A stretch of 64,000 bases of DNA. Origin: Lama guanicoe. Lineage: Eukaryota. Location of the stretch: contig MU053561.1 in assembly GCA_013239625.1 (NCBI GenBank), positions 312,826-376,825 on the forward strand, given 5' to 3'. The translations under genes and the position numbers were made by a program. Under the pieces are notes generated by a model. It was given only the letters and a program-made list of their open reading frames with translations. It was not told the DNA's origin and did not search any database. Shown here piece after piece: positions 11,002-24,722 of the stretch (position 1 is its first letter; each line of letters opens with the position of its first letter).

Positions 11002-13425
11002 CTTGTACTGGTTTCTTAGTATCTTAGTTGAAACTTACTCTTATATACTTGGTAGTGAGCAACAATGTAGATTAAACCCTGCTAACAGATAATTCAGTAA
11101 TACTTTTGCTTGGCTCCAGAATCTTCCATATTGTTTCATTTTTGTTTTCCTGGGAACCTTATGTTTTCATTACATGTTTATGATGCTGGTATTTAAGTGA
11201 GTTTGCATTCTCTGAGCAGATGTCACGTGATAGTGTTGGGGAGGTGGTCATGGTAGCAAAGCTGGGCGAAGCCCACCCAGGTTTAAAAGTTTGCCATTAT
11301 TTACAAGGTAAATAGTTCCCATATGGGAGAATCAAGAGTTGTCAGGCAGGCTTAATGCCCAGAGGACTGTCCCTGTGAATGAGAATTGTATTTCAGTTTT
11401 TAACATCATCCATAACAGATTTCTTGAATAAGCTATAAATGCTTTTAATAATATAGCTTGGGGTTCATTTTAGCTATGCTACATGCAATTTTTGCTCCTT
11501 TACTTAAAAAATAATTAGAAAATGTCCTATTCTATTATCAAATCAAGCTGTGATTTGAATAAAGCATCATATTTTCCCTCAGTAAGTACAAAGAGAAAAA
11601 ATTTTTTCATTTGCAAAACTTTTAAGTATTTATAAGGTTTCACATACTTGATTTTGTTCAGTTCTTACAACAGCCTCATGATGTAGGTAGCTTTATTAAC
11701 TATTTTTAAAGTAAGAGAACTGATAGTGATGTTAAGTAACTTGTCCAAAGTCATAGCACCAGGACTCCACACGGACCTTCTGACCGTATGAGGTACAGAC
11801 TCCTCACTGGAAACTTCAGTCAGTCTTTGGTCTCATTGCTGTGCCCTCTCCTCACTGCCTTTCATTCTGTAGCTTCATGTGCTCATCAAGATGCTCAGAG
11901 ATCTAGCTGTTCCTGGCTCTGCCTTGCTTACTGTGCACAGCTCTGGGAAAGTACAAGGCTGTGTGGGGTTCCATCCATTACCAGCCAGAGCCCCTTCCAG
12001 CTCTGTTTCCTCCTCCAGCCATTTTAGCTACTGTGTAATTCTTCTGGGCATGTTCTTAGTTCCCGAAGATCTAGTCCTCCTTCTTTTCTCAAAATTATGA
12101 CCTCCAAAGATTTCACCTGGTCAACTGATGGCTAACAAAACACCTTGGATATGATTGGCCAAGACGGGAAGGAGTGAAACAGGACCCCAGTGCTTCAAGT
12201 CTGGGTGATTGGGAGAGTCAGGACACAGTGATTGGGTATAGGAATACATGATAGGACTTGGTTTTGAGGGAGATGATTTAGAGTTTGGTTTAAATGTGTT
12301 ATCTTTGAGGTGATGGTGAAACAGCCTTGTAGATTCAGTTTTCTATCCTCCAAAAAGTGAAATGGAGAAATAGGTTGAACCAAATATATGGGGCGACAGC
12401 CAAATGGCAAAATTTATAGTTAGAATCAAAGACTTTGTGTTCCTTTTAAATGCTTCTTAAAGGTCCTATTTAAACAACCTCTTCATTATGAAAATGGAGA
12501 CTTTCCATGCCTTTTTATGCTGTTTAGAGAAAATTGTCATGAATATTACACACAGTTTGGGATGATTATATATCTTACGCATCAATAGGTAGCATATAAA
12601 AAGATTCCTCAACACACACGTGGAAAATGTTATAGAATATTATTCTTGAATTGCTTTCCTTTCTTGCTTTGGTGCTTGTATGGCACCTTAGATATTTTTT
12701 ATGTTATTTTAATTATATTCTTTGCTTTTCTTTTTGTTTAGAAAAGCTTCCTGCTACTACTATCTTAACAGATTTCAGTTTCTGAGAAGCTCCTTTGATC
12801 CCTTCCCTATTCCTATATCTCGGTTTTCTTTATTACAGTTTCAGCCCCTTGAACATAACCCAGAAATTTAGATATAGGCCAACTGATGTCTCAGTGGAAA
12901 CAAGAAAAGAAGAACTTATTATTTCTCAGTGGTTAATTGAGAGAAAACACATGATATTTTATATATTTTAAAATTGGAGAGGATAACAGGGTCAGTCCAT
13001 GCATTATGATGTAAAAATCTTAATTCTATCAAATGGCTTAGTCAAAATGAGAAAGATAATGATTTAAAGACAAGGATCAACAATGGTGTGCAAAAAGGTG
13101 CTGTTACACCAGATCAGCCTGTACATACATGAAAAAGGCTATGGTTGTATTTTGCCTCTGAATCAAGGTCATGCTGACTGGCCATAGCAGACCTTGCTGG
13201 ATCACCCACCTGTATTCTGTCACCTGGCAAGATGCAAGAAGGCATAGGACTGTGTAGTTAAGTTCTCTCAGCACCTCTTTTCCTAAAGTGAGGCAGTTTT
13301 ACAGGTTATACCTCCAGGTTTCTCAATTCACAATCTAGTTTTCTTGAATAGGCTGCTCTATCCTGTAAGTTTTTGGACTTATGAGAAGTCAGATGTTTTC
13401 ATGGACTCCTCTCTTTTCCGCACAG

Positions 13426-13685
13426 ATGTCCAGAGGGCTTCTTGGGAGAATATTGTCAACATCGAGACCCTTGTGAGAAGAACCGCTGCCAGAATGGTGG
13501 GACATGTGTGGCCCAGGCTATGCTGGGGAAAGCCACATGCCGGTGTGCCCCAGGGTTCACAGGCGAGGACTGCCAATACTCGACCACTCACCCCTGCTTT
13601 GTGTCTCAACCCTGCCTGAATGGAGGCACCTGTTACGTGCTTAGCCGGGATGCCTATGAGTGCTCCTGCCAAGTCGGCTTTACAG
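13426..13685 (+). CDS. NOTCH2: NOTCH2 exon 3 (260 nt; end of EGF1, EGF2-3)
   Basis: ttttccgcacag|ATGTCCAGAG...TTTACAG|gtaaca; phase 2 to 1; [27 protein letters not shown]...CSCQVGFT. Confidence 0.97.
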
Positions 13686-13974
13686 GTAACAAAGTGGGAC
13701 TCAGACCCCTCCTTTCCTATTCCGAGCAGGTGCTTCTGTTTAGCATCTTCTAGATACTGTCATCTGGCTCTTTAGGGTCCCCCAACTCTGGTACATGTTT
13801 AACATTATGGTAAGGGACTGGAATGTTCCAGGCAAGTATCCTTAACTTCCTTTTGAAAGAGGAGAAAGAGAAAAAAAAAAGAGTCAAATACTCAGAAGTG
13901 GTTGACTGTCTAAAGTCTGTGTATTCGGATCAGGAATCAGAATTACTTCACTGTCTCCAGAAGAAGAGTTGTTA

Positions 13975-15030
13975 TTGATAACTTATTCCTTGAAATCTTC
14001 TCTCCCCAGACATTCAGGGCACTCGCTTTTCTGGTTTTATAAACTGATTGTGCCTTTTGCTTCTGCATCACCTTGACCTTGTCCTCATTCATTTAATTTT
14101 TGTGTTCTTTGGAACTCTGTTTTGAGCCTTCTTTCGAGCCATATCACTGCTTTCCCCAGGGACTCTCACAATCTCCAGTTGCTTCAGCTTTCATCTGTAT
14201 CCTTTGATAATGACTCTCATAGTCCATCCCCACCCTGCCATTCAGGCTCATATTCCCAACTATCCATTGCATCTCATCCTTGGACATTCAGCAGTTTCCT
14301 CAAACTCAACATATTGATATAAATAGTGGTGCCAATGTCCACTCCAAACACTTCACACTAGAAATTCCCTCTCACTTACTGGTACCCTACTTAGACTCAG
14401 TCACCTACTCTAACCTCTGAATTGCCTCTCACCTGCCTACTCCTCTTCATTTCCTCTCCTGCTCTGTAGCTGAGGTCCGTGTCATCTCTCACCTAGACTC
14501 CTGCAATTGTTTTCTGACTGGGGTCCTTGCCTTTATCCCCATCTGGTTTACCTGTCACATTACCTTTAATGCTAAGTGCAGATCTGCTCACAAACTCGCC
14601 TGCTTACAATGCCTAATGACTTTTCATCATCTGCAGAATAAACTTCAAACTGTTTTACTTGGCTTCTGTAGCCCTTCACAATCTAGGAATTGAATTTCTA
14701 TACAGCTTCACCTCCCCGCAAGCGTCTAGCTGTAGTGACGCCAGCATTCTCATCATTTCCTGAAAACGTCATACTTCCTCTTGCCTCCATGCTGTTGCAC
14801 ACCCTTTTGCCTGGAATGCCCCTTTCTATAATTGGTGATTGCCCAATGTTGTTGTAAACTCTTAGTGACCCTTTCATGATTCCTTTATGCAGTTAGTCTC
14901 TATGTTCTATTATTTTATCTGTCACATTTTGCTGTAATTAATTTTTACATGTCTCTCATCTGACTCTATTATGGGTTCTTCAAGTGTGGATCTGAGCTTT
15001 ATTCAGAATGAAGCATAAGTGTTTATTAAG
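13975..15030 (+). mobile_element. L2 LINE fragment
   Basis: Pyrimidine-rich L2 motifs (catctctcacctagactcctgcaat; gcagatctgctca; tttgcctggaatgccc). Confidence 0.7.
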
Positions 15031-17081
15031 TTACATAAGAAAAGAACTATTCATCATTTTGTCCCCTCACCACTACCAGCAATTCTATAGATAAAACAAA
15101 AAATGGAAAACATACTCAGAAGACTAGACTGGATCACTTAGTCTGGAATATTCTACTGGTTTTTTCATTAAAAGGTGTTGGCACAGGTAGAAGATAGTTA
15201 GGATGATCCATTATCTCCATCGTGACTATGACAGCATTGATGCTGTGAGTCATTGAGGAGATCTGGTGGTTAAGAGAATAACTTTTTCCTGATTGTCAGT
15301 TTTGAGTTGTTTTGTTCCACAAGCAAAGGGCGGGCTTATCCATTTAAAACATTTTAATCCCAACTAGTGGGAATGGCAGTAATGCTTTCTTCATAATTAA
15401 AATGTTACTCTGAAATAAATCCTTAAATTAAAGCATATTCCGTTGCCGTTAAAAGGATCTCTTCTTGGTGTTCTTTGGGCTTCTGATTATCTTTATACAG
15501 CTGCCACTTTTGTCTGCCACTTTAGGGATCCCTGCAGGTCAAGCTCACCCGTTCGGTTTTGTGACAGCCCAGTAGCCCACCTAGTCAGACGTTATGAGCT
15601 CCTCTCCACTCACAGATGAACAAACAGAGGCAGGAAGTTAGTTCCTGCACAAAACATATATGGGAAACCAAGGTCAGAGACCTTTTTGTTTCAGTGGTAG
15701 GCAAACACTGATATAGACTCTTGTCAGCAGTAACCATTTTTATCTGTTCTCCACTGTAGGTAAGTACTTCTTGGTGGAATGAAGAAAAAATAGAAAGGAA
15801 AATTTTGGTTCCTTCATTTCCTCTCTGCTTAGCACCCTGAGATATATGTGCTGTGCCCAGATTTTTATTGCTCTTTCCCCTTTGATTTGATATTTCTTGA
15901 CAGATAGAGAGCACTTCTGTGTGTTCATGTGCCACCTCTCTCTCCCTTTTAAGAAGCTGTCATGACTCTCATTTGATTTTCTATGGGGGTCAAAGATTTG
16001 GATATTTACCTAGACAACCGATTGGAATATTAACAATTCAGGCAGTTCTCATACTTTTATTTTTTAAAAAAGCTTAAACTAATGAAAACAAAAAGCCACG
16101 TGAATACCAAATTTAGTGGTAGCGTGGGAGTATTTTTTTTTTTCCTCTTTCTACCTCGGAGAATCTGCTTTGATTCCTTTGAGTCATACTTTGATTCCAG
16201 CACTTTTTTTCCCTTCTTTCTGGTACTTTGCTGCCTAAGTGAGTCCGTGATCATTACCTTTCTAGATCTTTATTCTCATGACAGCTTCTAGTTATTTTCA
16301 TATATGAGGAGCCAGAGATTCTTCATTCTCTTCAAACACATCCAGCAGCATTTTTGTCAAGACCACAATTAAAATGTTTCCCAGAATACATGTGCATGTG
16401 TGTTGTATTTAAGGGAGACAGAAGAAGTAGTATTGACTTCTTTCTGTCATTTAAGCGGTGTGTTTAGTCATTGTGTATTGTGGAAAATACCAATGCACTT
16501 TATTCATTTAAAAGACATGATTTGAGAGCCTACTACAGGGATCTGACCCTTGCTAGTGAGACAGGTGATATAGTAAAAGAAAACAGCAAACTTGGGGTAT
16601 GTGTTTACATGTGCAGGGGTGTGTGTATGAGAGAGAGAGGGGACAGGGATTTGGGGAGCTGAGGGGGCATTAAGGATGACTTCACAGCAGTGGTGACTTA
16701 TTAGTAGAGTTGTCAAGACAAGTGTGAGCCCACTAGGTAAACAAAAAGGAAGATGGCCTTCCAAACAGAGGAACAGCTTATGCAAATGCAAGGAGGTGTG
16801 AGGCAGTAGATGGATCCAGACTCTTCTATGTTGCCTACAGTCCTTCCCCCACCCATGTGCTCCACTAAATCTTTGTGTCTCAACTGAGAGCCCTGGAGAG
16901 TGCCCCTGTTGGATGATCTTGAAGAGACTCTGATATGGGCTTCCTGCAAAATCCAAGAGTTTAGGGATTCTCCATGCAGTGACTCCCTTTATCAACTGTT
17001 GGGTGGGAGCTGTGGGGTGTTGAGGATGGGGCTGACTCCCACTTCTGTAGGCAGTACTGAGTTCTGTTACCCTTCCTCTAG

Positions 17082-17417
17082 GTAAACTGTGCCAATGGAC
17101 CGATGCCTGCCTGTCTCATCCCTGTGCAAATGGAAGTACCTGTACCACTGTGGCCAACCAGTTTTCCTGCACATGCCTCGCAGGCTTCACAGGGCAGAAG
17201 TGTGAGACTGATGTCAATGAGTGTGACATTCCAGGACAGTGCCAGCATGGTGGCACCTGCCTCAACCTCCCGGGTTCCTATCAGTGCCAGTGCCCCCAGG
17301 GCTTCACAGGCCAGCACTGTGACAGCCCCTATGTGCCCTGTGCGCCCTCCCCCTGTGTCAATGGAGGCACGTGCCGGCAGACTGGTGACTTCACATTTGA
17401 GTGCAACTGCCTTCCAG
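17082..17417 (+). CDS. NOTCH2: NOTCH2 exon 4 (336 nt; EGF4-6)
   Basis: ccttcctctag|GTAAACTG...CTTCCAG|gtaagg; [21 protein letters not shown]...FECNCLP. Confidence 0.97.
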
Positions 17418-17680
17418 GTAAGGAGTCCCCCTAGTGTCCTGGGTTGAGGGATGCACATCCAGCACGGAAGGAAATGGGTGGGTGTGGCTCAATTGCTCCT
17501 TTAGGAAGTACCCTTCCCAGCAGGGAAAAGAGGAAGTGAGAATTTTGTGTGGGGTGGTTTACTGGTGAGAGAGGAGTTTTATGGGCCCAGTGTGATCCAT
17601 AAACTGAGCAGGGGGTAATTTAACATGTCAAGGTTTATGATGATGAGTGGCTTGGAAATTGTTTATTGTCCTTTTTTGAG

Positions 17681-17760
17681 GAACAGTGAGAAATAAGAGA
17701 AACAGAGCTCTGGGAAAAGGGTAGATAAGCCTATGGAATGGAAAAGAACGCAGTGAGAAT
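17681..17760 (+). other. Intron-4 segment orthologous to the NOTCH2NL terminal exon (ancestral form, no 4-bp deletion); candidate cryptic terminal exon
   Basis: ttgtccttttttgag|GAACAGTGAGAAATAAGAGAAACAGAGCTCTGGGAAAAGGGTAG reads GTVRNKRNRALGKG* after exon 4. Shifted frames read TELWE and WNGKERSEN, against the recalled human NOTCH2NL tail [25 protein letters not shown]. Confidence 0.75.
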
Positions 17761-19429
17761 TCAACACTGAAAAATATGTATGTGTAATTAGTAGAATGCT
17801 TTAAACTGAACTGAGAATAACAGGAGATGATCAACTTTTCCCATATGCTTTTACCTCTGATGGAATAATAGATTATTTTGTTATCTACCTGATTGCATCC
17901 ATCTACCCTTTTGTGATTTTCCCTGGGCTTCTGGTCTTCAGAACCCTCTCTGTGTAGCCTCTCTGACTTTGAGGTAACCCTCCCCAGACTTGAAGCTGGA
18001 GAATTTTAGAACTGGGGTGGAGGGTGGTGCTCTGTTAATCAGTGGACACTTTTTGATGAGCCCTGACAGATTATGTACAGCACAACCACACATAACCCCA
18101 AGATAGAAGCAAAAAAGACGAGCAGTGTATAGGGGCTTGGGGCCTGGTGTTCTGTAGGATGGAAAAAGAAACAAGCCTGGCCGGTTCGCTAAACTCCTTA
18201 TAAAAATGATGGGGCGGCCGAAAACCAAGAACTTTGACTGGGAACAGAACACAAGCAGCTGGAGCAGATGAATTACTAAGCAACAAAGATTCTGTTTTTA
18301 TACAAATATCCCTGGTACAAAAACAAAAGAAGGAAAACTGTGGGGCGGGGGGTGTGGGGTGGGTGGAATAATGTGCCAAGTCAGCAGAATTACCTCAAAA
18401 AGAAGTTGTTCTCGCTACTCTTTTAGAGTGGGAATCTTAGATTCTGGTGTTGTGGCTATGGTTCACATAAAATGGGATTGTGTGTTTTATCTTTTGGGGA
18501 TTAAAGGTCATATGTTGGTCCTCAGATATAATTTATTCATTTCATTCAGTTAAAATTTATTGACTGCCAGCATGTCCTAGGTATCATGCTGTGTGCTTGG
18601 GATACAGCAAGACAAGACACTGTCACATAATAGAAAACTATACCATTTAACTGTAAGCCATGAGAACAAGCTACCTGGTTGTATTGCTTTCAGTTTCTCT
18701 TTCAATGAAGAATAGATAATGCTCTCATTTTAGACACTAAATACATTTTTCTTTACTTAATATTACTGTCATGCACGTTATCTGTAGAAGGAATAACTAA
18801 AAGATGTCTTTCTTCACTCCCATATTTATTTGCATTTTAAGAGTTGAAAGAAGGAAACGGAAATGTAAACAGTTTAACTTTGCAGATATTCTAACAGTCT
18901 AATATTCTAATAGCCTAAGTGGCTAGTAATTGAGGTTAGTGCAATTTACTGTTGAGGGCTAAATGTGTTTCTTAGTTTCAAGAACATTGCTTTTAATAGT
19001 CACCTAGAACAGGAGGCTGATTTGGCAGCACAATGCTAACGGGAAGTTAGAGGAGTCAATAAAGGAAGTTTTTAGCCGGGAGAGAGTGATTATTCACTCC
19101 CATAGTCTCTGCATTGTTATCCACTAGCCACGATAAGAACCTTAGGGAATTCTGAGAGTGTGTCCAGGAAAGGATCTGTCCAAACCAGAATAGTATCTCC
19201 TCCTTGAGAAAGGAAATAACCAGGGATTCCACAGCTGAGAGGCTGCCAGGGCTAGTGGGACAGAGTCAGGAGATCTTGGCTGTCTCTTACACTCTGCTTA
19301 CAGTTTAAAGCAAGACATTTATTTACATACTGATGAAGTAAGTGTGTGTGTGTGTGGTGTTTGGGATTGGGATGGGGGTGCAGAGCAGGCGGGGGCAGAG
19401 ATTTGGCAAATAGGAAACTGACATTTATT

Positions 19430-19670
19430 TAATGCCTTTTATGAATCAGGCCCTGTGCCAGGTACTTCTGCATCCATTAGCTCTATTACACAAAAACCTT
19501 GGGGATAGGTATTATTTTTCAAGTTTTCCCACGTGAAGCAACTCAAGTTTGGCGATGTTAAGTGATTTACCCAAAGTTGCACAGCTGACATGTGGTTAGG
19601 CTGAGTCCTGAAACCTAGGCAGGTTATTTCCAAAGCCTGTGCTTTGTACATCTTGTTGCATCACACTGTA
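19430..19670 (-). mobile_element. MIR SINE
   Basis: ccctgtgccaggtact...gttaagtgatttacccaaagttgcacagctg antisense core. Confidence 0.7.
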
Positions 19671-20299
19671 CTGCTTGTCTTCCCCTGAAAGTGCTTTGAA
19701 AATGTGCAGAACTTTTTGTTAAATGCTTAGAGGTGTTTGGGTTAAAAAAATGTAGGTTCATGTTGTAAGGAAAAGGAGATACTTCTAATTAAGATCAAAC
19801 AATATTTGTTACATACCAGCCTGTATATGGCATCATGCAGACTTTTAAAAATAGTAAAGTAGACAAGTTCTTGCCTTTTGGGGTCTCGTGATCTGATACA
19901 GAAGACATCAGCTTGGACAGTGTATAGAAGGAAATTAAAAAAGCATTCAAAACAACAGCTGATGCAGTAACACAGTGAATAAATCTGTATTTACACAGTG
20001 TGTCAGAATTTATGCTCATTGTTTTTATGTCCTAGGTGAAATTTGGAAAGTATTAACTTTATTTCCACACAGGGAGATAGTGCCTGGAGATGATTTTCTT
20101 TTCATAGTGCAGTACCATTTTCCTTGCCTCTCCCCTGTTGCCCGCCACACTATTCGATAGACTGAAACGCTGCTTAAAATAATAATCAGTATCTCAATGT
20201 AAACAACACCCTTATTTGAAGAGAATCATTATTTCAGCTCTAAACATGGGGAATCCAAGTCAGCAGGAGGCAAAGTAGCTTTTGTCCAGGTGTTCTGCA

Positions 20300-20665
20300 A
20301 TTCCCAAGGCGCTGCTGCTTCCCACCTCACTTCAAGTACTTTTTCCACTTCTAACAGAGGCCTCCCTGGATCACCCTATTTCAAATTGTAACCTTTCCCT
20401 TCCACCCATTACTGGCCCTGGTCTACCTTTTCTTTTCTTTTTCTGTAACACTTATCATCTTCTTACTGTATAATTTGCACTATATAATTTACTTCATTAT
20501 GCCTATTGTTTATTGTCTGTCTTTTCCAAATTCTGCCGCCTCCTCCCCTCTCCAGAGAGAAAGCTAGGATCTCTGTTTTTGTTTGGTGATGTACCCCAAG
20601 CACCTAGAAACCATGCCAGGTATATAATAGGTACACGCGTACTCAGTATCATAGTGTTGAGAATA
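20300..20665 (+). mobile_element. L2 LINE 3' fragment
   Basis: agaggcctccctggatcaccctatttcaaattg...ccccaagcacctagaaaccatgccaggtatataataggtac. Confidence 0.7.
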
Positions 20666-23429
20666 TAGCTTTGGTCTTCTCATTTTCTTCCTGGTATTGT
20701 GCATCCTGGACTTAGTTTGGCTTCTCGTCTGTACTTGGTTACACTGATACTGACTGAAAAGAATTGTAGTCCTTTCCAACTGTGAAAGTCAGTGAACCCC
20801 ACATAAGTTAGTGATTATATTTGAATGGTTAAGATATAGTTCTTTTCCTGTGAAGGGCCCTGTAGTTACTGTGAGTTGATTTTAGTATTATTTTAAGACT
20901 GATGGAAAGGGAATTAAAGCTGCAAAAATGACTCATCTTGTGTGACAAAGAAAGAAGTGTTTCTCCAAAGAGGGAAGAAGGAAAGAATATATTCAAGAAG
21001 GAACTGATATAATCAAACCAAGGAACTGTATTTCGTCGTCTCCTTAGATCAACAGCTGTTAATAATCCAGATCCTTCACGAACTACCGTTAAGGCAAATT
21101 TTAGCAGAAGGTCTGAGGAGGGGCACTCAGCCAGAATAATTTTAACAGAAGAGCAAAACAGAAAATAAACTATTGAGTCATTGATTCCCAGTATTTTTGA
21201 ATGAGGGTCAGCTACTGGGGAGAGAATAAGTTAAACTGGGTTTGTATTTGTGGATATTCTAAAATGTAGCACAGATAATCAGAAACCAGTGGGTTGTCTG
21301 AATCTCGTGGCTGTGCCTTGCCAGTTGGATTGGATAGTCCTTGATGGACTTTCCCTTTTTCTTTCTTTCCTGTACCTCCTTATTCCTTTATGATTTTTAA
21401 AAACTTCATAAAAAGCTGTCTGATCTGTTCTCTTGAAACAATGAAGGTTTTTTCTTTATAAGCCACCTCTGTACTTTACAGGCTGATTATACGTAATATC
21501 CCTGTATCATTAAAATAAAGCTTAAGCACATTTTGTGGCTTTTGTGTCTACTGTGCTGTTTTTGAGCTTAACAACGCTTAGAAATAATTCCCTCCTGCAT
21601 TCTCATATGCACAGGCATGTGATGGTCTCTTGGGTGTTATGCTAATCATATGCTGGCAGGTTTCCTCTGGAACAGATGCAGAAATTATCATGCCATTTTG
21701 CAGGGCACATTATTTTAGCTCCTTTAACTTGGGCCCTAAATGCAGTTTTACTTGATGTTCCTGAATGTCTTTCCTGTTCTCCCATGCTTGGTGGTTTTGC
21801 CCATGCTAACTCCTCAGCTTTCTATCACTTTCCTCCCCCACCCACCCTGCCTTTTTATATAGAACTTATGCCTTATGATGTGTCAAAGGCACCTGTTTCA
21901 CTGAAATGCCTTCTGTATTCCCTACCCCTTTGGGGATTAGAGACCCTCAGAGTCTTTCAGCAACCTGTATACTTCTAGCACAGCACTTACCAAACTGAGA
22001 GTTCATCCTTCCCAGAAGACACTTTCATTTTAACTTTTCCCCCAGTATCCAACTTAGTGCTTGGCACAAAATTGAGATGCAGTGAATATTTGATGAATGG
22101 ATGAATTAAATGTGATAGACAATTCCCATATTCTATCATTTTTAATGTTCTGAATTTTTTTCTTTTGAAACCCTTTATGCATTTCTCTAGTTTCTAGAAA
22201 GGAAAGTAGAAATCATTTGGGAGATATCAAGGGAGGGAGGGAGGTAGGAGCAGCAGCCTGGGTGGGTGGTGGGGCAGGCATACATGGGCCATTCATGGGG
22301 TCAGTGAGCTCACTGGGGCCCGTTCAGAGGATGGATGAAGTATGCCAAGGAAACCAGTGGGACCGAGGTGGGACCAGTTTGCTCTTGTGACAGGCTTCTT
22401 CCCATAGGGCGGAGGGAGAAGGTAGCCGGTAGGTGTTTACCTTTGTGCCTTTGTTCAGTTCCTGGCATCCCTGATTTTTTCTCACTCTTTCATCCCCGTG
22501 GATGGAAGCTCTTCTTGACGAACTTTCAGCCTGGTCTGGGAGAATCCTGGTTATATCATCTCATCTTCCTCTTTCTGCTCTGCTCTTTGTGCTTCTCCAT
22601 CTAGCCTTTCCACCATCACACCTCCCAGGGTCTGAAAATGGAAAGATATGGAAGTTCTCTTGAGAGATGCTGTTCTGTGTGTGGGATGACAAGTTCAGAA
22701 GACACTTTTCTGTTCCCCACCCTCTGTCATCATTTATCAGTTACGTGGCCCATGGTTTTATAACAGCACAGTCTTGAAATGTTCCTTCTGAGTTTAATTT
22801 CTTTCTTTTTGGCCTTTTAAGGATGTGAATTGGCATCAAGCAGTAGAATCCTTTTAGTACAGTCATGTGAGCCTCTCTGTAAGTCTGCTACACCCATCCC
22901 ACCCACAGGTCTGGAGACTTGTCTGTTTCCCTTTCCCTTAAAACCTTAAAATATTTTTAAGAAGTGATTGCACTTAAACTTACTCACTTAAACCTTTTCC
23001 TTCCTCCCCACACCCTCCTTGGGTAGACTTTCTTACAAGAATTTGCTAGCTATTTCCCAAAAGAGTACCGTATCTCTATTTTTAAAGCATAAATCCTGTC
23101 TTAACTTCGGAGGAGAACTGATTTGGCTTCAGTTTTCTCAGACAAGGGGACTTTTGAACCAAGGTCAGTTTTTCAGATTATTGAAAGGGAACTCTGGGGT
23201 CCCAGAGAGCAAACTGATTAAAACTGGGTTAAGTTTCTGGTTCAGTATTGACTCCTATCTACTAGCCATGTAAAAGTGGATAAGTCAGCCATGTGGCCCT
23301 CCACTGCTTCATTTGTAACATAAAGGGATTAGAGGAGACAATCTCTAAGGGATGCTTTGATCCCACTGATATATAGAATCAGCAAATGTGTGTGGAACAC
23401 TTACATCAGACATTGTTTTAAGTGCTTTT

Positions 23430-24722
23430 CCTCCTAATATAGCAGATTTATTGAGGTATAACTTATATATCATGTAATTTGCTCTTTTTAAAGTGTACAG
23501 TTCAGTGGTTTTTAGTATATTTACAGATATGTGTAACTATTGACACAATAAATTCCCGCTCATTTTTATCACTCCAAGAGAAGCCCTGTACCCTTTAGCA
23601 GTCACTCCCTATCCTCCCCTTAATTTCCTCCTAGCACCAGGCAAATCTGCTTTCTTTCTCTAGAGTTGCCTATTGTGGACATTTCATATAAATGGAAGCA
23701 CATACTATGTGGTCATTCATGATGGGCTTCTTGCACTTAATGTTTTCAAAGTTCATTTATGTTGCAGGAGGTATCAGTACTTCATACCTTTTCATGGCTG
23801 ATTCATATTCCATTGTATGGATTTACTGCTTTATATTTATCCATTCATCAGTTAATTGACATTTGGGCTCTTCCACTCTTTTTGGCTATTCTGAAAACTG
23901 CCACTGTGAACATTCTTGAACAAGTTTTTGAGTGGACGTATGTTTTCATTTCTTTCAGGTATGTACTTATGAGAGGAATTACTGGGTGATGTGGTAACTC
24001 TATTTAACCTTTGCAGGAACTGCCAGATTGTATTCCAAAGTGGCTCCACTATTTTATATCCCCACTGGCAGTAAATGAGGATTCCCAATTTCTCCATAGC
24101 CTCACCAACATTTGTTGTTATCTGTCTTTTTAATTACAGCCATCCAAGTGGGTGTGAAGTGATGTCTTATTATGGTTTTGATTTGCATTTCCCTGATGGC
24201 TAATGTTGAGCATCTTTTCATGTACTTATTGACCATTTGTATATCTTCTTTGGAGATATACAAATCTTTGGAAATGTCTATTTAGATTCTTTACCCATTT
24301 TATAATTGGGTTATTTGTCTCAGTATTATTATATTATGTATATTGTATTTTTACTTTTGTTGTAAGAATTTTTTATATATCCCAGATACAAGTCTCTTAA
24401 CAGATATATGATTTGCAAATATTTTCTCCCATTCTGTGGACTGTCTTTTTACCTTCTTGGTGGTATCCTCTGAAACACACTGTTTTTAATTTTGATGAAG
24501 TCCAAACTATCTATTTTTTTCTTTTGTTGCTTGTGCTTTTGGTCATATTTAAGAAATCTTTGCCTAGCCCAAGTCACATAGATTTACTCCTATGTTATCT
24601 TCAAAGAGTCTTATAATTTTAACTCTTACATTTTGAGTTAATTTTTGTGTATGGGATGAGGAATGCCTACAACTTATTCTTTTGCATCTAGATATTTAGT
24701 TGTTCCAGTACCACTTACTGAA
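23430..24722 (-). mobile_element. L1M (L1MB-like) 3' 1.3 kb, inserted in a MIR
   Basis: Antisense L1 ORF2 end and 3'UTR (ORF 23852-24097 VEPLWNTIWQFL); 12-bp TSD TTAAGTGCTTTT at 23418-23429 and 24723-24734. Confidence 0.9.

Noticed and set aside
13426..17760. Window being a NOTCH2NL paralogue or pseudogene
   Set aside because: Intact exons 5-15 follow in frame, there is no 4-bp deletion and there are no primate Alus, so this is NOTCH2 proper.
19526..19533. Perfect RBPJ sites TTCCCACG here and near 55655
   Set aside because: Isolated single sites inside MIR elements, with nothing else to support function.
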